Shown: positions 1 to 10,291, numbered from the stretch's first letter. The stretch: 64,000 nucleotides of DNA from an uncultured Thermococci archaeon (GCA_964549615.1 CAZJVP010000020.1:1-64000); one strand, 5' to 3'. Made by a program: numbers and translations. The notes: generated from the letters alone by a model not told the origin.

Positions 1-1
1 C

Positions 2-259
2 ACCCCCGCAGCTAGACCAGCGGCTCCACCCCAGAGACCGCCCACGCCACCTACGAGGCTACAGACCCCGGCCGCGACACCGACGGTGCCAACGGCCAGG
101 CCACCGGTGCCGGGCCGGCGCCCGACCATCGAGGAAGGTGCGGCAAGACCCTACCCGCCCGAGAAGCCAGGTCCCTCAAAGAAACCGGAGAGACCGCCGG
201 CCGAAAGCATCTCCGACAAGGTGAAGAGGATCTTCAGGCGCCGGCGCGGCGGGCTGTGA
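2..259 (+). CDS. 3' end of a Pro/Thr-rich protein (partial, runs off the window start)
   Basis: Frame open from position 2 to TGA at 257-259: TPAARPAAPPQRPPTPP...ISDKVKRIFRRRRGGL*. Confidence 0.6.
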   Translation, partial: TPAARPAAPPQRPPTPPTRLQTPAATPTVPTARPPVPGRRPTIEEGAARPYPPEKPGPSKKPERPPAESISDKVKRIFRRRRGGL

Positions 260-350
260 GCAAACCCCGCGGGCCGGGTCTGACCCCGTTACTGGCAGGC
301 CGTAGCTGGCTGTGATATTCCCTTATTTCGCCTCGGTCAGCCGCATACGA

Positions 351-358
351 TATATATT
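351..358 (+). promoter_or_regulatory. Putative TATA box for the large surface protein gene
   Basis: TATATATT about 25 nt upstream of ATG 383 in a GC-rich background; consistent with a leaderless transcript. Confidence 0.5.
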
Positions 359-382
359 CGAAATTTGAGGAACCTTCGCCGA

Positions 383-3300
383 ATGGACCGGGCGCGGGCT
401 CTCTTCGCGGTTTGCATCGTGGTCGCAATGGGCCTTTCCTCTGCCTTGACAGCTCTAGCCCCCCCGGTCCCGATCACCCCGCCTCCAGACTACCACGTTG
501 AGGAGGGGATATGGATCAAGGACCACGCATCGCCTGCAACGAGCTGGAACCAGTATACCTCGGTGGCGAGTTGCCTCAACCTCTCAAGCTCAACATCGAC
601 CCTAGACATCGCATACGTCATCAGAAGTCCGAACCCAGACCTAACGCTGGCGGTGACCTTCGCCCTTTACCGCAACTCCGATACCAGGGAGAGGTTTTTG
701 GACAACGGAACCCTCCTCACGCGGGCGCGAATGAAAGGCGGCGCCATGGGGATGGAAACGGATGAGCCCGTCAGGCCTTTTTGGGTTAGCTCCCTGACGA
801 AGACGGAACCGGAGCGGTTCGAGGGCCATTGGTACTATCTCGTCCTGACGACCTTCGATGCTGCGGGGCATTCAGGCGTCTACCAGCTCAGGGTCAACGT
901 TTCCGGGATCTCAGGGGGTTCCTCATGGGACGAGCCAACCGGCAACCCGAGAGTGCCCTGGATCTTCTTCCGCGTCCCATCGGGAGCCGAAACCTCGGTA
1001 TCGGCCTCCAAGCCAGGGCCGTTGCGCGCGGCCTGCTTGTGCAACGTAGTCGGATCCGGGTTCCCAACGAACGGATCGGATCCATACCCCTGCGAGATCT
1101 TCATCGACTCCGTGAGTTGGCTGAACGGAAGCTGCTACGGAGGCCGCTTCGTCCGGCGGAACGTCCAGATCTGGAGGTGGCTGGAACCCGGCGTCCACAT
1201 CCTCAGGACCGTCTGCGCCGAAACCGAAGCCTTCGCAGAGTTCCAGACCCATCAGTGGGACGCCGAGTTGGAGGTCACCCCAAACGCCACGGTGCCTGGC
1301 GGGAGGGCCATCTGCATCGTGGGGCGCGGCTTCCCCGTCAACGAATCCTATTCCATCTACGTGGGCGAAATCTCCGTGAACTCGACCCCGATCCTTTCCG
1401 GTGCGATCTCGGCCTTCGGGAACTTCTCGGCTTGCTACCAGTTCCCGCGGAACAGCCCACTTGGCCCGCAGGAGATAACCGCAACCGCACCCCAGGTCTC
1501 CGGCCCTCCGTCAGCGACGGCCGTAGTCGTCCTTGACCCATGGTCGGTGAACCTCACGGTGACGCCGCTCAAGTTCCGTCAGGGGGGCTGGCTGGACATC
1601 AATGGAAGCGATTACCCTTCCGGGTGCATCTTCGAGATATCGGTCGACAACGTGAGGATATACCAAGGCGTCGCGGATGAGAACGGGACCTTCTACCATC
1701 GCGCCTACACGCTGGACCCCCTCTTTTGCCCAGGCCTGCACATCATCTCGGCCAACGCCACCGACTATGCTGGCTCCGCGTGCGGGCGGGTTGAGATTCA
1801 GGTGCTGCAATACGACGCTATGATATCCGTCCATCCTGCGACCACGCACCCGGGCACCTTTGTCACCATCGACGGCGAAGGATTCCCGCCTAACGACTTC
1901 ATCCACATCCGGCTTGACGGCCATCTCCTCAGCCAACTGGTTAGCACCTCGAACGGGTCGTTCCACGTGATCTGCAGCCTGCCAAGCAACTGCTCCCTGG
2001 GCCCACATGCCCTGACGGCCATTGCACCCAGGTTCGGCGGCCCCCCATGTGGGAAGGCCACGCTCGACCTAGTCCAGTGGCCGTTGCAGGTGACGCTGGA
2101 TCCCGCAGCTCCCCACCCCGGGGGTTGGATCCGAATTGCTGGGCGCGGGCTGCCTCCCCAAGCTACCTACGAAGTCCGCTTGAACGGTTCGCTCATACTG
2201 AACGCCACGACGGGACTTGGTGGCGAGTTCGATCGGGCCCCGTCCTTGCCACTCGACATTTCGCTGGGGACAGGCCTTCTAGACCTGGTGGTCCCGGGCT
2301 ACACAGGGCCACCAAAGGCAAGCTTCATGCTACAGATCGTGGACTGGTCGCCTTCGATCCAGCTTCTCCCAACCAGCCCGCGTCCGGGCGAGGCGCTACA
2401 GGTTCTTGGAAGGGGGTACCCGAGAAACTCGCCGTATGCTATAAGCCTGGACGGCGCATTGGGGTGTGAAGGGACTTCCCTGGCCGACGGAACATTTGGG
2501 GTATACATCTTGCTTCGCAGCAACCTCAGCATCGGGACCCACCAACTGAACATAACCTTCGCCTTCCCAGGGTTCCCTCCCACGGCCGTCGATTTCCCCG
2601 TGGAGCCTTGGAGCCTCTCGCTCAGCGTCTCCCCACAGTCTGGGCCACGCGGGACTGCGGTCAACCTCCAGGTTGAAGGATGCCCCCCGCTCTGCCAAGC
2701 CTCGATCTTGTGGGATGGCAACGAGGTCAAGCGCGGCAATTGCACGATATGGGGGACTCTCGCAGAGAGCATGGTGCTCGACTTCCAGGCAGATGAGACC
2801 TACCACACGATCGTGGTCAGATGCGAAGGCGATTGGGCCGAGCCGCCCGAGGCATACGCCTACTTCTGGTTCGGCAGCCTTGTGCCAACGATCAGCATAT
2901 CTGCCTGCGACGATGAAGGAACGCCCAGATCAACTTTCTTCGTGGGCGAAACCGTCTACGTGAAGGGGATCGGCCTTCCGCGCTTCGTCGATGCCTGGCT
3001 CTACCTTCTGAACGGATCCCAACCTTCCGGGCAGCAGGAAGCTGTGGTCGTGCACACCGACTCCCTGGGATGCTTCGCGGTCAAAATTCTGGACAGCGCG
3101 CCGCTACGTGGAGAGTTCGGTCTCTGGTTGGATGTCAACCGCAACCGTCATTTTGATGCAAACGATGTCTGGCTTCAGCCCGCGTTCATGTGCAGACCCC
3201 GGCCCCAGCTCGCCATCGCCCGGTTCGAGCCTTCCAAGGCTCTCGTCACGCAGGGCGAGACCGCAAGCATGCTCATCACAGTCCAGAATAGGGGTTTGGA

Positions 3301-4516
3301 AACCGACGACGCATTGATCCACGTGCTCTACGGGTCCCTCGAGATAGCGACGCTCCAGGTTTCCTCGCTGGCAGCGGGATCGGAGAGGTCCATCAGCGTA
3401 GACTGGGACACCGCATCCACAGCGCCAGGCAGGTCGGCCCTGGTCGCCAAGATCGATCCTGCGCCGGGTGAGATCGAAATCTTAGACAACGAGTTCGATT
3501 TCGGGCCCTTCACCATAAGACCGGCCCCTGACATCAGCGTTCTCTCGCTGGAGCCTAGCACCCGGCGGGCCAAGGCAGGCTCGGTCATAACCTTCAGTGC
3601 GGCCGTGAGAAACTCGGGCGGTGGCTTCGAGACATTTGAGCTCCAAGTCCTTTGGGGGGAGGAGGTGGTTGCATCGCGAACCTTGAAGCTGCCGGCTGGA
3701 GCGACGGTGATGGAGGAGTTGGAGTGGAACACCATCGACGTCAAGCCGGGCGAGAGGAGGATACGCCTGAGGACGGCACCCATCCCCTACGAGAAGAACC
3801 CATCGGACAACGACCTAGTGTCCGGCACGATCGCGATCCTGCCACCCAACACGCCACCCCAGCCGCGGCCGGGCGAAGAGTACCGGGGCATATGCGGCAT
3901 ACCGCTCAAGTTCGACGCTTCGGCCAGCACCGACGACGAGGGCGTCGTAACCTTCGTGTGGGACTTCGGGGACGGGTCTTCGGGGACGGGAATGGTCGCC
4001 ACACATACGTATGCGAAGGCAGGCAGATACCTCGTCCAACTGAGCGTCACCGACAGTGAGGGAGCGGCATCATCTGCCTCCACGATCGCGAACGTATTCG
4101 AACCGTCGGAAGTCAAGGTCTGGTCGGCGGACGCCTCCGGGAGGGCCAAGAACCAGTTCTACTTAAGCGAGGAAGTGTACGCAACGGTCTGCAGCCCCGC
4201 CCCCTACAACGCTTCCCTGTACATCGTGATCCGGGAGTCCCTGCAAGAGGGGCAGGCCCTGGAAGATGTCTCCGGCGCTCCTGAGTGCCTAGTGATGGCC
4301 GGCAACGTGACAGTGCTTGCGTGGGGCGGAGGCCTGTGTGAGGGACGGTACGAAATCGTGCTTGACCTGAATGCGAACAAGAGATTCGAGCCCATGTTCG
4401 ACCCCGAATGCTCTTTCCTCGTCGTACCGCAGAATGGTTTGGGGGTTGCATTCGTCCTTGCATTGGTGCTCCTCACGAGGGCATGGGCGCGAGTCGGTTC
4501 AGGTGTCCGGCGATGA
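383..4516 (+). CDS. Large secreted cell-surface protein: about 7 Ig-like repeats, 2 CARDB-like domains, PKD domain, C-terminal TM anchor
   Basis: Signal peptide; repeated 'P..pG..i.i.G.GFP' units; 'V.V.N.G...E....DN' CARDB pattern twice; PKD 'FDASASTD...WDFGDG...HTY..G.Y.V.L.VTD'; FLVVPQ+TM+RR tail. ATG 383 preferred over TTG 365. Confidence 0.8.
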   Translation: MDRARALFAVCIVVAMGLSSALTALAPPVPITPPPDYHVEEGIWIKDHASPATSWNQYTSVASCLNLSSSTSTLDIAYVIRSPNPDLTLAVTFALYRNSDTRERFLDNGTLLTRARMKGGAMGMETDEPVRPFWVSSLTKTEPERFEGHWYYLVLTTFDAAGHSGVYQLRVNVSGISGGSSWDEPTGNPRVPWIFFRVPSGAETSVSASKPGPLRAACLCNVVGSGFPTNGSDPYPCEIFIDSVSWLNGSCYGGRFVRRNVQIWRWLEPGVHILRTVCAETEAFAEFQTHQWDAELEVTPNATVPGGRAICIVGRGFPVNESYSIYVGEISVNSTPILSGAISAFGNFSACYQFPRNSPLGPQEITATAPQVSGPPSATAVVVLDPWSVNLTVTPLKFRQGGWLDINGSDYPSGCIFEISVDNVRIYQGVADENGTFYHRAYTLDPLFCPGLHIISANATDYAGSACGRVEIQVLQYDAMISVHPATTHPGTFVTIDGEGFPPNDFIHIRLDGHLLSQLVSTSNGSFHVICSLPSNCSLGPHALTAIAPRFGGPPCGKATLDLVQWPLQVTLDPAAPHPGGWIRIAGRGLPPQATYEVRLNGSLILNATTGLGGEFDRAPSLPLDISLGTGLLDLVVPGYTGPPKASFMLQIVDWSPSIQLLPTSPRPGEALQVLGRGYPRNSPYAISLDGALGCEGTSLADGTFGVYILLRSNLSIGTHQLNITFAFPGFPPTAVDFPVEPWSLSLSVSPQSGPRGTAVNLQVEGCPPLCQASILWDGNEVKRGNCTIWGTLAESMVLDFQADETYHTIVVRCEGDWAEPPEAYAYFWFGSLVPTISISACDDEGTPRSTFFVGETVYVKGIGLPRFVDAWLYLLNGSQPSGQQEAVVVHTDSLGCFAVKILDSAPLRGEFGLWLDVNRNRHFDANDVWLQPAFMCRPRPQLAIARFEPSKALVTQGETASMLITVQNRGLETDDALIHVLYGSLEIATLQVSSLAAGSERSISVDWDTASTAPGRSALVAKIDPAPGEIEILDNEFDFGPFTIRPAPDISVLSLEPSTRRAKAGSVITFSAAVRNSGGGFETFELQVLWGEEVVASRTLKLPAGATVMEELEWNTIDVKPGERRIRLRTAPIPYEKNPSDNDLVSGTIAILPPNTPPQPRPGEEYRGICGIPLKFDASASTDDEGVVTFVWDFGDGSSGTGMVATHTYAKAGRYLVQLSVTDSEGAASSASTIANVFEPSEVKVWSADASGRAKNQFYLSEEVYATVCSPAPYNASLYIVIRESLQEGQALEDVSGAPECLVMAGNVTVLAWGGGLCEGRYEIVLDLNANKRFEPMFDPECSFLVVPQNGLGVAFVLALVLLTRAWARVGSGVRR

Positions 4517-4611
4517 TCGATCGAAGCGCGGTGCCATTTTGCGCGGAGACGATCTTTCCCATCCAGAGGCCGCACTTGCTCCCTTTCGTGCCGGTTGATA
4601 CCAGATAGAGG

Positions 4612-6522
4612 TTGGTCCGTATGCCCGCACGAACTGCCAGGAGATTCGCGATTCCCTCTGCCCTTTCAGCCGCCTTTCTGCTCGCTCTGGCACTGCAACT
4701 TGGCCGGGGCGGCGGGGGGCAGGCAACCACCTCACTCTCCGTGACGGACCAGTTGGGCCGCCCGACGCCTTTCTTCCTTTGCGGCCAGAACTCAACGAGG
4801 CGCATCACAGCGAGGCTGATGATAACGTTGCCGGAAGGATCCTATATGCCGGTCCAGTATGCCACCTTCAAGTGGCGCACCCACGACGGGAGGACGGTGG
4901 AAGAGGTCAACAGGAGCCTGACGTTCATCGTCCCCCGAAGCTTCATCAGCGAAACGACGATCGATGCAAACCTGTCAAGTTTCCCGCCCCTCGAGCGTTC
5001 GTACTCGGTGACCGCCCAGGCGGGGCCGTATCAAGCATCGATGGAGTTCCACGTCTGCTCAAAGCCCGACCGGCTTGTGATGCAGCAGGACTTCCAAGAG
5101 TGGCCGCAGAGCCTCCTTCCCCCGGACTGGATCGTCGAGGCTCCTGGCTACCCGGGCGGCCAATGGATCGAGGAGCTCGCTTTCGAAGGCGGCAACCGAG
5201 TGCTCAGGATGACCAGCTACAGGCTCCATGAGGCCCGCCTGGCCCATCGTGTCAACATATCCTCGGATCATATCCAGTTCAGCTTCAGGGTTAAAGTCTG
5301 GGAGGAAGTTGACCTCAACGCATCGGAGCCAGCCGTGATGGCCTTCGGAATCGTTGCCGGCGGGAAGGCCTGCCCGCTGCTTAGGCTCGGCAAGGAGGAG
5401 GTCCTCCCCTTCGGGCTCCCTTACTACCAACGGAAATGGACGGACATCGACGTGTTTCTGGATCTCGGAACCGCCAACTCAAGCTCCAGCTGTTACATCG
5501 ATGGCGTCAGAGCGGGCATGACGAGGTTGGCGCCGATCAAACCGGAGGAGATCGACCGAGTCTACTTCCTTCTGGAGGGCACGAGCTACTACGTCGCCCA
5601 GATCGACGACCTCCTTTTCCAAGAATACCGCCTAGCCACGGGCTCGCCGTACCACCCGGCGTCCACGACGATGGACGTTTGGCCCTCGCACGGGCAGTGG
5701 TTTGACCCGAGCAGCTTCGTGGTCAGGTACCGTATCGAGGTCACGCCGAGGATGCCTTCGAACCCTTATCTGGAGGTTGAGAAGCTGCGGATCGAGCTGT
5801 GGAACTCCACGTCCCGGCTCGGCATCCTCGGAACAACGAGCTGGAACGGCTCAACCCAGCAATCCTCTCCCTGCGAGGTCTTCACCCACAACTTCGTGTG
5901 CGCCATACCGTCAAGCCTGATCGACGCCAGGAGGATGGACGGCGGCGGTTTTCATGGGCAGTACGTGCTGAAGTCCGAGGTCGACAGCCCGTCTTTACCC
6001 CTTGCAAGAAAGACGCTGACCTTCCAAGTCGATGACCCCTTGGAGGCATACTTCTCCCTCTGGCGTGGAGGACCTAGGCTGCCCCGCACGGTCCTGGAGC
6101 GTGCCCCCATGAACATATCCCTCAACGTGGAGTTCGACCCCCGGCCTGGCCCGGGCAACATCAATGCGCCTTTCACGAACAAGACGTGCGTCTTCCGTTG
6201 GATTGATCCGGAGGGACGAACCATAAGGACAGCAAGCTCGCCGATGAAAACCGACCCCACATACCCCTCCAACAGGTCATGGGCGTTCGATTCGCTCCGG
6301 ATCGACGGCAACTCAACCCTTGGCACATACTCGTGCCTGGTGGAGGCAACGTGCAACTCGGGGTACGCCGTTCGGGAGCGCTACAGCTTCATCTTGGTCG
6401 TGAGGGAAGGGCCGCTGCTCGGCCTGGGCGTCCTTGCGTGCTCTGCGTCAGCGCTCGTCCTGCGAAGGCGCAGAGGCACGGGTCAAGCCGACGGCAAGAG
6501 CTCAACCGAAAAGAAAAGATAG
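4612..6522 (+). CDS. Secreted beta-rich surface protein with C-terminal TM anchor
   Basis: N-terminal hydrophobic signal, beta-rich body, C-terminal FILVVREG+TM+RRRR. Confidence 0.7.
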   Translation: MVRMPARTARRFAIPSALSAAFLLALALQLGRGGGGQATTSLSVTDQLGRPTPFFLCGQNSTRRITARLMITLPEGSYMPVQYATFKWRTHDGRTVEEVNRSLTFIVPRSFISETTIDANLSSFPPLERSYSVTAQAGPYQASMEFHVCSKPDRLVMQQDFQEWPQSLLPPDWIVEAPGYPGGQWIEELAFEGGNRVLRMTSYRLHEARLAHRVNISSDHIQFSFRVKVWEEVDLNASEPAVMAFGIVAGGKACPLLRLGKEEVLPFGLPYYQRKWTDIDVFLDLGTANSSSSCYIDGVRAGMTRLAPIKPEEIDRVYFLLEGTSYYVAQIDDLLFQEYRLATGSPYHPASTTMDVWPSHGQWFDPSSFVVRYRIEVTPRMPSNPYLEVEKLRIELWNSTSRLGILGTTSWNGSTQQSSPCEVFTHNFVCAIPSSLIDARRMDGGGFHGQYVLKSEVDSPSLPLARKTLTFQVDDPLEAYFSLWRGGPRLPRTVLERAPMNISLNVEFDPRPGPGNINAPFTNKTCVFRWIDPEGRTIRTASSPMKTDPTYPSNRSWAFDSLRIDGNSTLGTYSCLVEATCNSGYAVRERYSFILVVREGPLLGLGVLACSASALVLRRRRGTGQADGKSSTEKKR

Positions 6523-6548
6523 TTGAGCTTCTACGCCGCGAAGCGTCC

Positions 6549-7457
6549 GTGAGTTACCCGTCACACAGGCCGCGTCCCCAGTGCTGGCCGTGCATCATGG
6601 ACATCTCCCTAGCAGCTCTCGACAGGGCCACGAATGATGAGAAGACCAAGTTTGACGCAATGCGCGAGATTGCGGTAGCGATGGCCCGCAATCTTTCGCA
6701 GGAGAGCAACCTTCCGGTCGTGAGCACCAGGCTGTTCAGGATGATCGCGGAGCGCACGGGGAACCCGGATCCCTTCCGGGAGGAGAAGTTGAGCTGCAAC
6801 CGCGTCGCGCTGCCCATGGCGGAGCGGCTCTCAAGAGAAATCCTGCAGATCGACGACCCCGTCGAGAGGTTGAGGTCAGCTGCGCTGGCCTCGATCGCCG
6901 GCAACACCATGGACCTTGGAACAAGCGGCCACTCCTTCGACCTTAAGCACCTCGACGAGGAGTACCGCAGGACGGTCGAACAGGGCCTCGCAATCGACAA
7001 CACGCCGGATCTGCTTTTCGAAGTTGACCGCTGTGAGGATGTGCTCTATCTTGCTGACAACGCCGGGGAGATCGCATTCGACAAGATCCTCGTCCAGGTC
7101 ATCTCGCGGCTCGGGCCGGCAGTGACGGTAGCAGTCAAGGGGGGCCCAATCTCAAACGATGCAACCCTTGAGGATGCCGCGTACGTCAAGATGGACGAGG
7201 TAGCGAGCGTGATCACCACGGGGACCGCGCATCTCGGAATAAATCTTGGTGAGTCGTCCGATGAGTTCATTCGCGCCTTCAGGTCCGCGGATCTCATCTT
7301 GAGCAAGGGCCAGAGCAATCTCGAGACGATCTGCCACGACGGTCCATCAACGCAGCCCGTCGCTTTCGTGCTCAAGGTCAAGTGTCAGCCCATAGCCATG
7401 GCTCTCGGTGCCAAGCTAGGGGACAACGTCCTGAAGATCGCTCGCCCCCCAGGCTGA
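6549..7457 (+). CDS. DUF89/ARMT1-like damage-control phosphatase
   Basis: CxxC near N-terminus, DPF..EK, AGN.MD, LADNAGEIAFD, PISNDAT, SKGQSNLE, LKVKC. Probable GTG start at 6549 rather than 6279. Confidence 0.9.
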   Translation: MSYPSHRPRPQCWPCIMDISLAALDRATNDEKTKFDAMREIAVAMARNLSQESNLPVVSTRLFRMIAERTGNPDPFREEKLSCNRVALPMAERLSREILQIDDPVERLRSAALASIAGNTMDLGTSGHSFDLKHLDEEYRRTVEQGLAIDNTPDLLFEVDRCEDVLYLADNAGEIAFDKILVQVISRLGPAVTVAVKGGPISNDATLEDAAYVKMDEVASVITTGTAHLGINLGESSDEFIRAFRSADLILSKGQSNLETICHDGPSTQPVAFVLKVKCQPIAMALGAKLGDNVLKIARPPG

Positions 7458-7497
7458 CCGCGGCCCGAGCCCGGATTCAGACCGGAGGTGCGCTTCG

Positions 7498-8346
7498 TCA
7501 GGCCTTCATTCTGTCGAGAAGGGCGATGTAGACCTCGCCGACTTTGCGCCCCGTCCCTGTGAGCGCATACTTGTTCTCGCCCGGGACCGGGACTATCAGG
7601 TACTTCCTGACGAGGCTCTGTATTATGTGTCCGAAGTATCGGATCTTCTTGCCTATGCCGTCCTCTATGTCGCCCCTGGACAAAGGCTTTTTGGCCCTGG
7701 TTATGTAGGCCAGCACCTCTCTCTTCAAGAAGGTCCTTCCGCCGTATTCAAGCTTGGGGGAGATGAGTTCGATCGACCAGCTCTTCTGGCTCTCCCCCAG
7801 CGTGAACCGGCTCGAGACCTTTATGCGGGTTGATGACACCTCGACGTCGACGTTCTCATATTCGTATTGGTTTATCTGGTCTATCGTCTCCTCGCACGCG
7901 CTCTCGAGCTCGGCCAACTCGGCAGGGTCCGCCTCCCCGGATCGCCCGGCCTCTATGAGGAGGCTCCTAAGCCTTCTGACGTAGGATGAAGGGTATTTGG
8001 GGAAGTGGTTCCTCCTCATCCCATTCTGGACCTCTGCGATGATGGCGTCTATGTCGTCCTTCACATCCGCATAGCTGCGCGCCGTGAGGCGGGTGGTCAG
8101 GATCGTCAGGAGCCTGAAATAGTCGGGCCGATAGTAGGAGGGACGGTACGCCATCATCTGGGACCTCATCCTGTCGAGCTCCGCCCTGAACTCGTCTCGA
8201 TCCTTCTTCCGGAGACGCTTGGCCTTCTCCAGAACCTCCCTCTGGATCTCCAGGTACGAGGCGCTGCCGGGGGGAGTCCTCTGAAGCTGCTTGAGCAGGG
8301 AGATGATCTCCCCCTTCTCTGTGACCATCACCACCCTATTAGACAT
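7498..8346 (-). CDS. Hypothetical helical protein with C-terminal winged-helix-like domain
   Basis: 282-aa ORF; C-terminal 'VLAYI...LSRGDI...IQSLVRKYLI...YALTGTGRKV' wHTH pattern. Confidence 0.65.
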   Translation of the reverse strand: MSNRVVMVTEKGEIISLLKQLQRTPPGSASYLEIQREVLEKAKRLRKKDRDEFRAELDRMRSQMMAYRPSYYRPDYFRLLTILTTRLTARSYADVKDDIDAIIAEVQNGMRRNHFPKYPSSYVRRLRSLLIEAGRSGEADPAELAELESACEETIDQINQYEYENVDVEVSSTRIKVSSRFTLGESQKSWSIELISPKLEYGGRTFLKREVLAYITRAKKPLSRGDIEDGIGKKIRYFGHIIQSLVRKYLIVPVPGENKYALTGTGRKVGEVYIALLDRMKA

Positions 8347-8394
8347 GGCCCTTTTTTAGTATTGGTGCTCAAAAAACGCGCCATCTGAGGTGCG

Positions 8395-8997
8395 ATGAGC
8401 CCGCCCACGGCATTCTTCCACGATGGCTTGTACTTCGAGGTATCCGAAGGAACCTATGAGCCGGCCGAGGATAGCCTCATGCTGCTTCAATCGGCCCTCT
8501 CCCTAACCCCAAGGCCCAAGCGGGCATTGGAGATCGGAACCGGCTGCGGCCTGGTCGCCATAATGCTCGCCCGGTCGGGCTGTCCCTTCGTCGTGGCAAC
8601 CGACGTCTCGCCCCGCTCAATCCGATGCGCGAAGGCAAACGCCAAGAGGCTAGCCCCCGGCGTCCACCTGATCGCCTGCGATATGTTCTCGGCAATCAAG
8701 GGATCATTCGACATGGTCCTCTTTAACCCGCCCTACCTGCCAGTGGAGAGGGGTGCGGGAGAGGATGCGGCCTGGGCAGGAGGAAGGACGGGGCGCGAAC
8801 TCATCGACCTTTTCATCGCCGGAGTGAACCCCCACCTTAACAGAGACGGGTCTGCCCTGCTCGTGCAGTCATCCCTAGACGGCCTAGGCCGCAGCCGAGC
8901 GATGGCCGTCCGCAGCGGCCTTGGCTTCGAGGTCCTACAGACCCAGAGCTTCTTCTTCGAATCCCTGTACGTCGTCCGGCTCGCTAGGCCACGATGA
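8395..8997 (+). CDS. prmC: HemK2/MTQ2-family N5-glutamine protein methyltransferase
   Basis: YEPAEDS, LEIGTGCG SAM motif, FNPPY, W.GG..GR. Confidence 0.9.
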   Translation: MSPPTAFFHDGLYFEVSEGTYEPAEDSLMLLQSALSLTPRPKRALEIGTGCGLVAIMLARSGCPFVVATDVSPRSIRCAKANAKRLAPGVHLIACDMFSAIKGSFDMVLFNPPYLPVERGAGEDAAWAGGRTGRELIDLFIAGVNPHLNRDGSALLVQSSLDGLGRSRAMAVRSGLGFEVLQTQSFFFESLYVVRLARPR

Positions 8998-9674
8998 GGC
9001 CAAGCATCTTCTTCCCGGTCGCGCGCTTCATCTCGAGGGCCATCCTCTTGCCCATCGACAACCCAGCCTGGTTGTAGAGGGTGTTCCCGTACTGTCCTCC
9101 TATCCCGATCGCGCAGTTGGTGCCACCCCCCAAGGCGCGTCTCGATGTCCTGACAGACGAACTCAAAGTCCGTCGCCTTCTTGCCCTCTGCAACGTCGTA
9201 CACGCCCACGCTCGCGCCCTGCAGGATCGGTTTCTCCCTGAAAGTGATTAGGGTTTGAATGCAGTACGCTCCGATCATCGGCTCGTTGTAGATCTCCAGG
9301 CAAGCCTTCTCGAATTTGTCTGCGATCGGGTAGATCAACCTGAGCAGAGATTCGCGCAGGCTTTCCAAACCGTGCGCAAAGGTCTCGCGGTACCTGCTTT
9401 GCGACCAGTCGCACTTGATCTGGTCCTTGGCGTGCATCCTAGAGATCCCGTCGTAGGTCGTCTCGTAGCGGATGTCCACCGAGATGAACTGGGTTCCCAA
9501 GGACCCGGTGTAATACCTGCTCAGCTTCCCCATGTCGGCAGCGTAGACCAGCCTTCTCATTCCGAAGGCCCTAGCACCATCCATTATGTCCAAGGCCGAG
9601 TGGCCGCCCAGAACGAGGCGCAGAGGCTCGGAGCAGTGCCTAGTGATCTCCTGCATCTCCTCTCTTCGAATCAT
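8984..9674 (-). pseudogene. purP: PurP-like (DUF1246/DUF1297 ATP-grasp) pseudogene
   Basis: GGHSALDIMDGAR N-terminus; RYET, LRESLL, IGAYCIQ; RLGG-GTN split by a +1 frameshift in the G6 run at 9126-9131; SMGKRMALEMKRA C-terminus in another frame; central region missing. Confidence 0.8.
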
Positions 9675-9681
9675 CTCTTGC

Positions 9682-10257
9682 CTACTCCTTCACTACTCTT
9701 ACGAACTCCATGGGTGGTCTCGCCTACCACGGTGCCGTCGTGATCGATGACCCAGATGCCCGAGACTCCCTCCTAGAAGATCTTTCTCGCGACCTCGAAT
9801 ATCGAGTCTTGCGACCCGACCGTGATCGGACTCGTCATATACTCTGAAATGGCTCTGGGTTTCTGGGTGGAGATGAGATCAGCGACGCTCCTAAGGAGGT
9901 CCATCACCGTTATCGTCCCGACCAGCCTCTTCCCATCGAAGACCGGCATCCTCCTCACCCCGCGGCAGACGAGCGAGAACGCCTTGCCCAAATCGTCATC
10001 AACGCAAAGCGTATGGCGCACCTTTGTGGACAACCTGAACGCCTTTAGCGAGGTGATGGAGCCCAGCCTATCCCAAAGCTGGGAACGCCTTTCGCCGATC
10101 TCCCTCCAGTACTCCATCCGCCTGCCGAGGACCCCCTCCTTGCGCAGGTGGTAGTAAATTGACTGGAAGCGAACGCCCCTCGACTGGGCGATGCGTCGGG
10201 GCTCTCGCCGGAAAGGTACCGATCTCTCATCTCGTGTATCCGGGAGGGCGACACCAC
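9682..10257 (-). pseudogene. HTH + CBS-pair protein pseudogene
   Basis: HTH (YLSGESP/RRIAQSRGVRFQSIYYHL) broken by a frameshift near 10200; TAG at 9773-9775 inside CBS2, which continues EGVSGIWVIDHDGTVVG; further frameshift near 9712 before MEFVRVVKE*. Confidence 0.75.
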
Positions 10258-10291
10258 GGATTCTGGGCCGAGCGTACGTCAATAGGGGTTT

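Noticed and set aside
9773-9775. In-frame TAG in the CBS domain as pyrrolysine or readthrough
   Set aside because: The same gene has two frameshifts, the neighbour is also broken, and TAG is the normal stop of many intact genes here.
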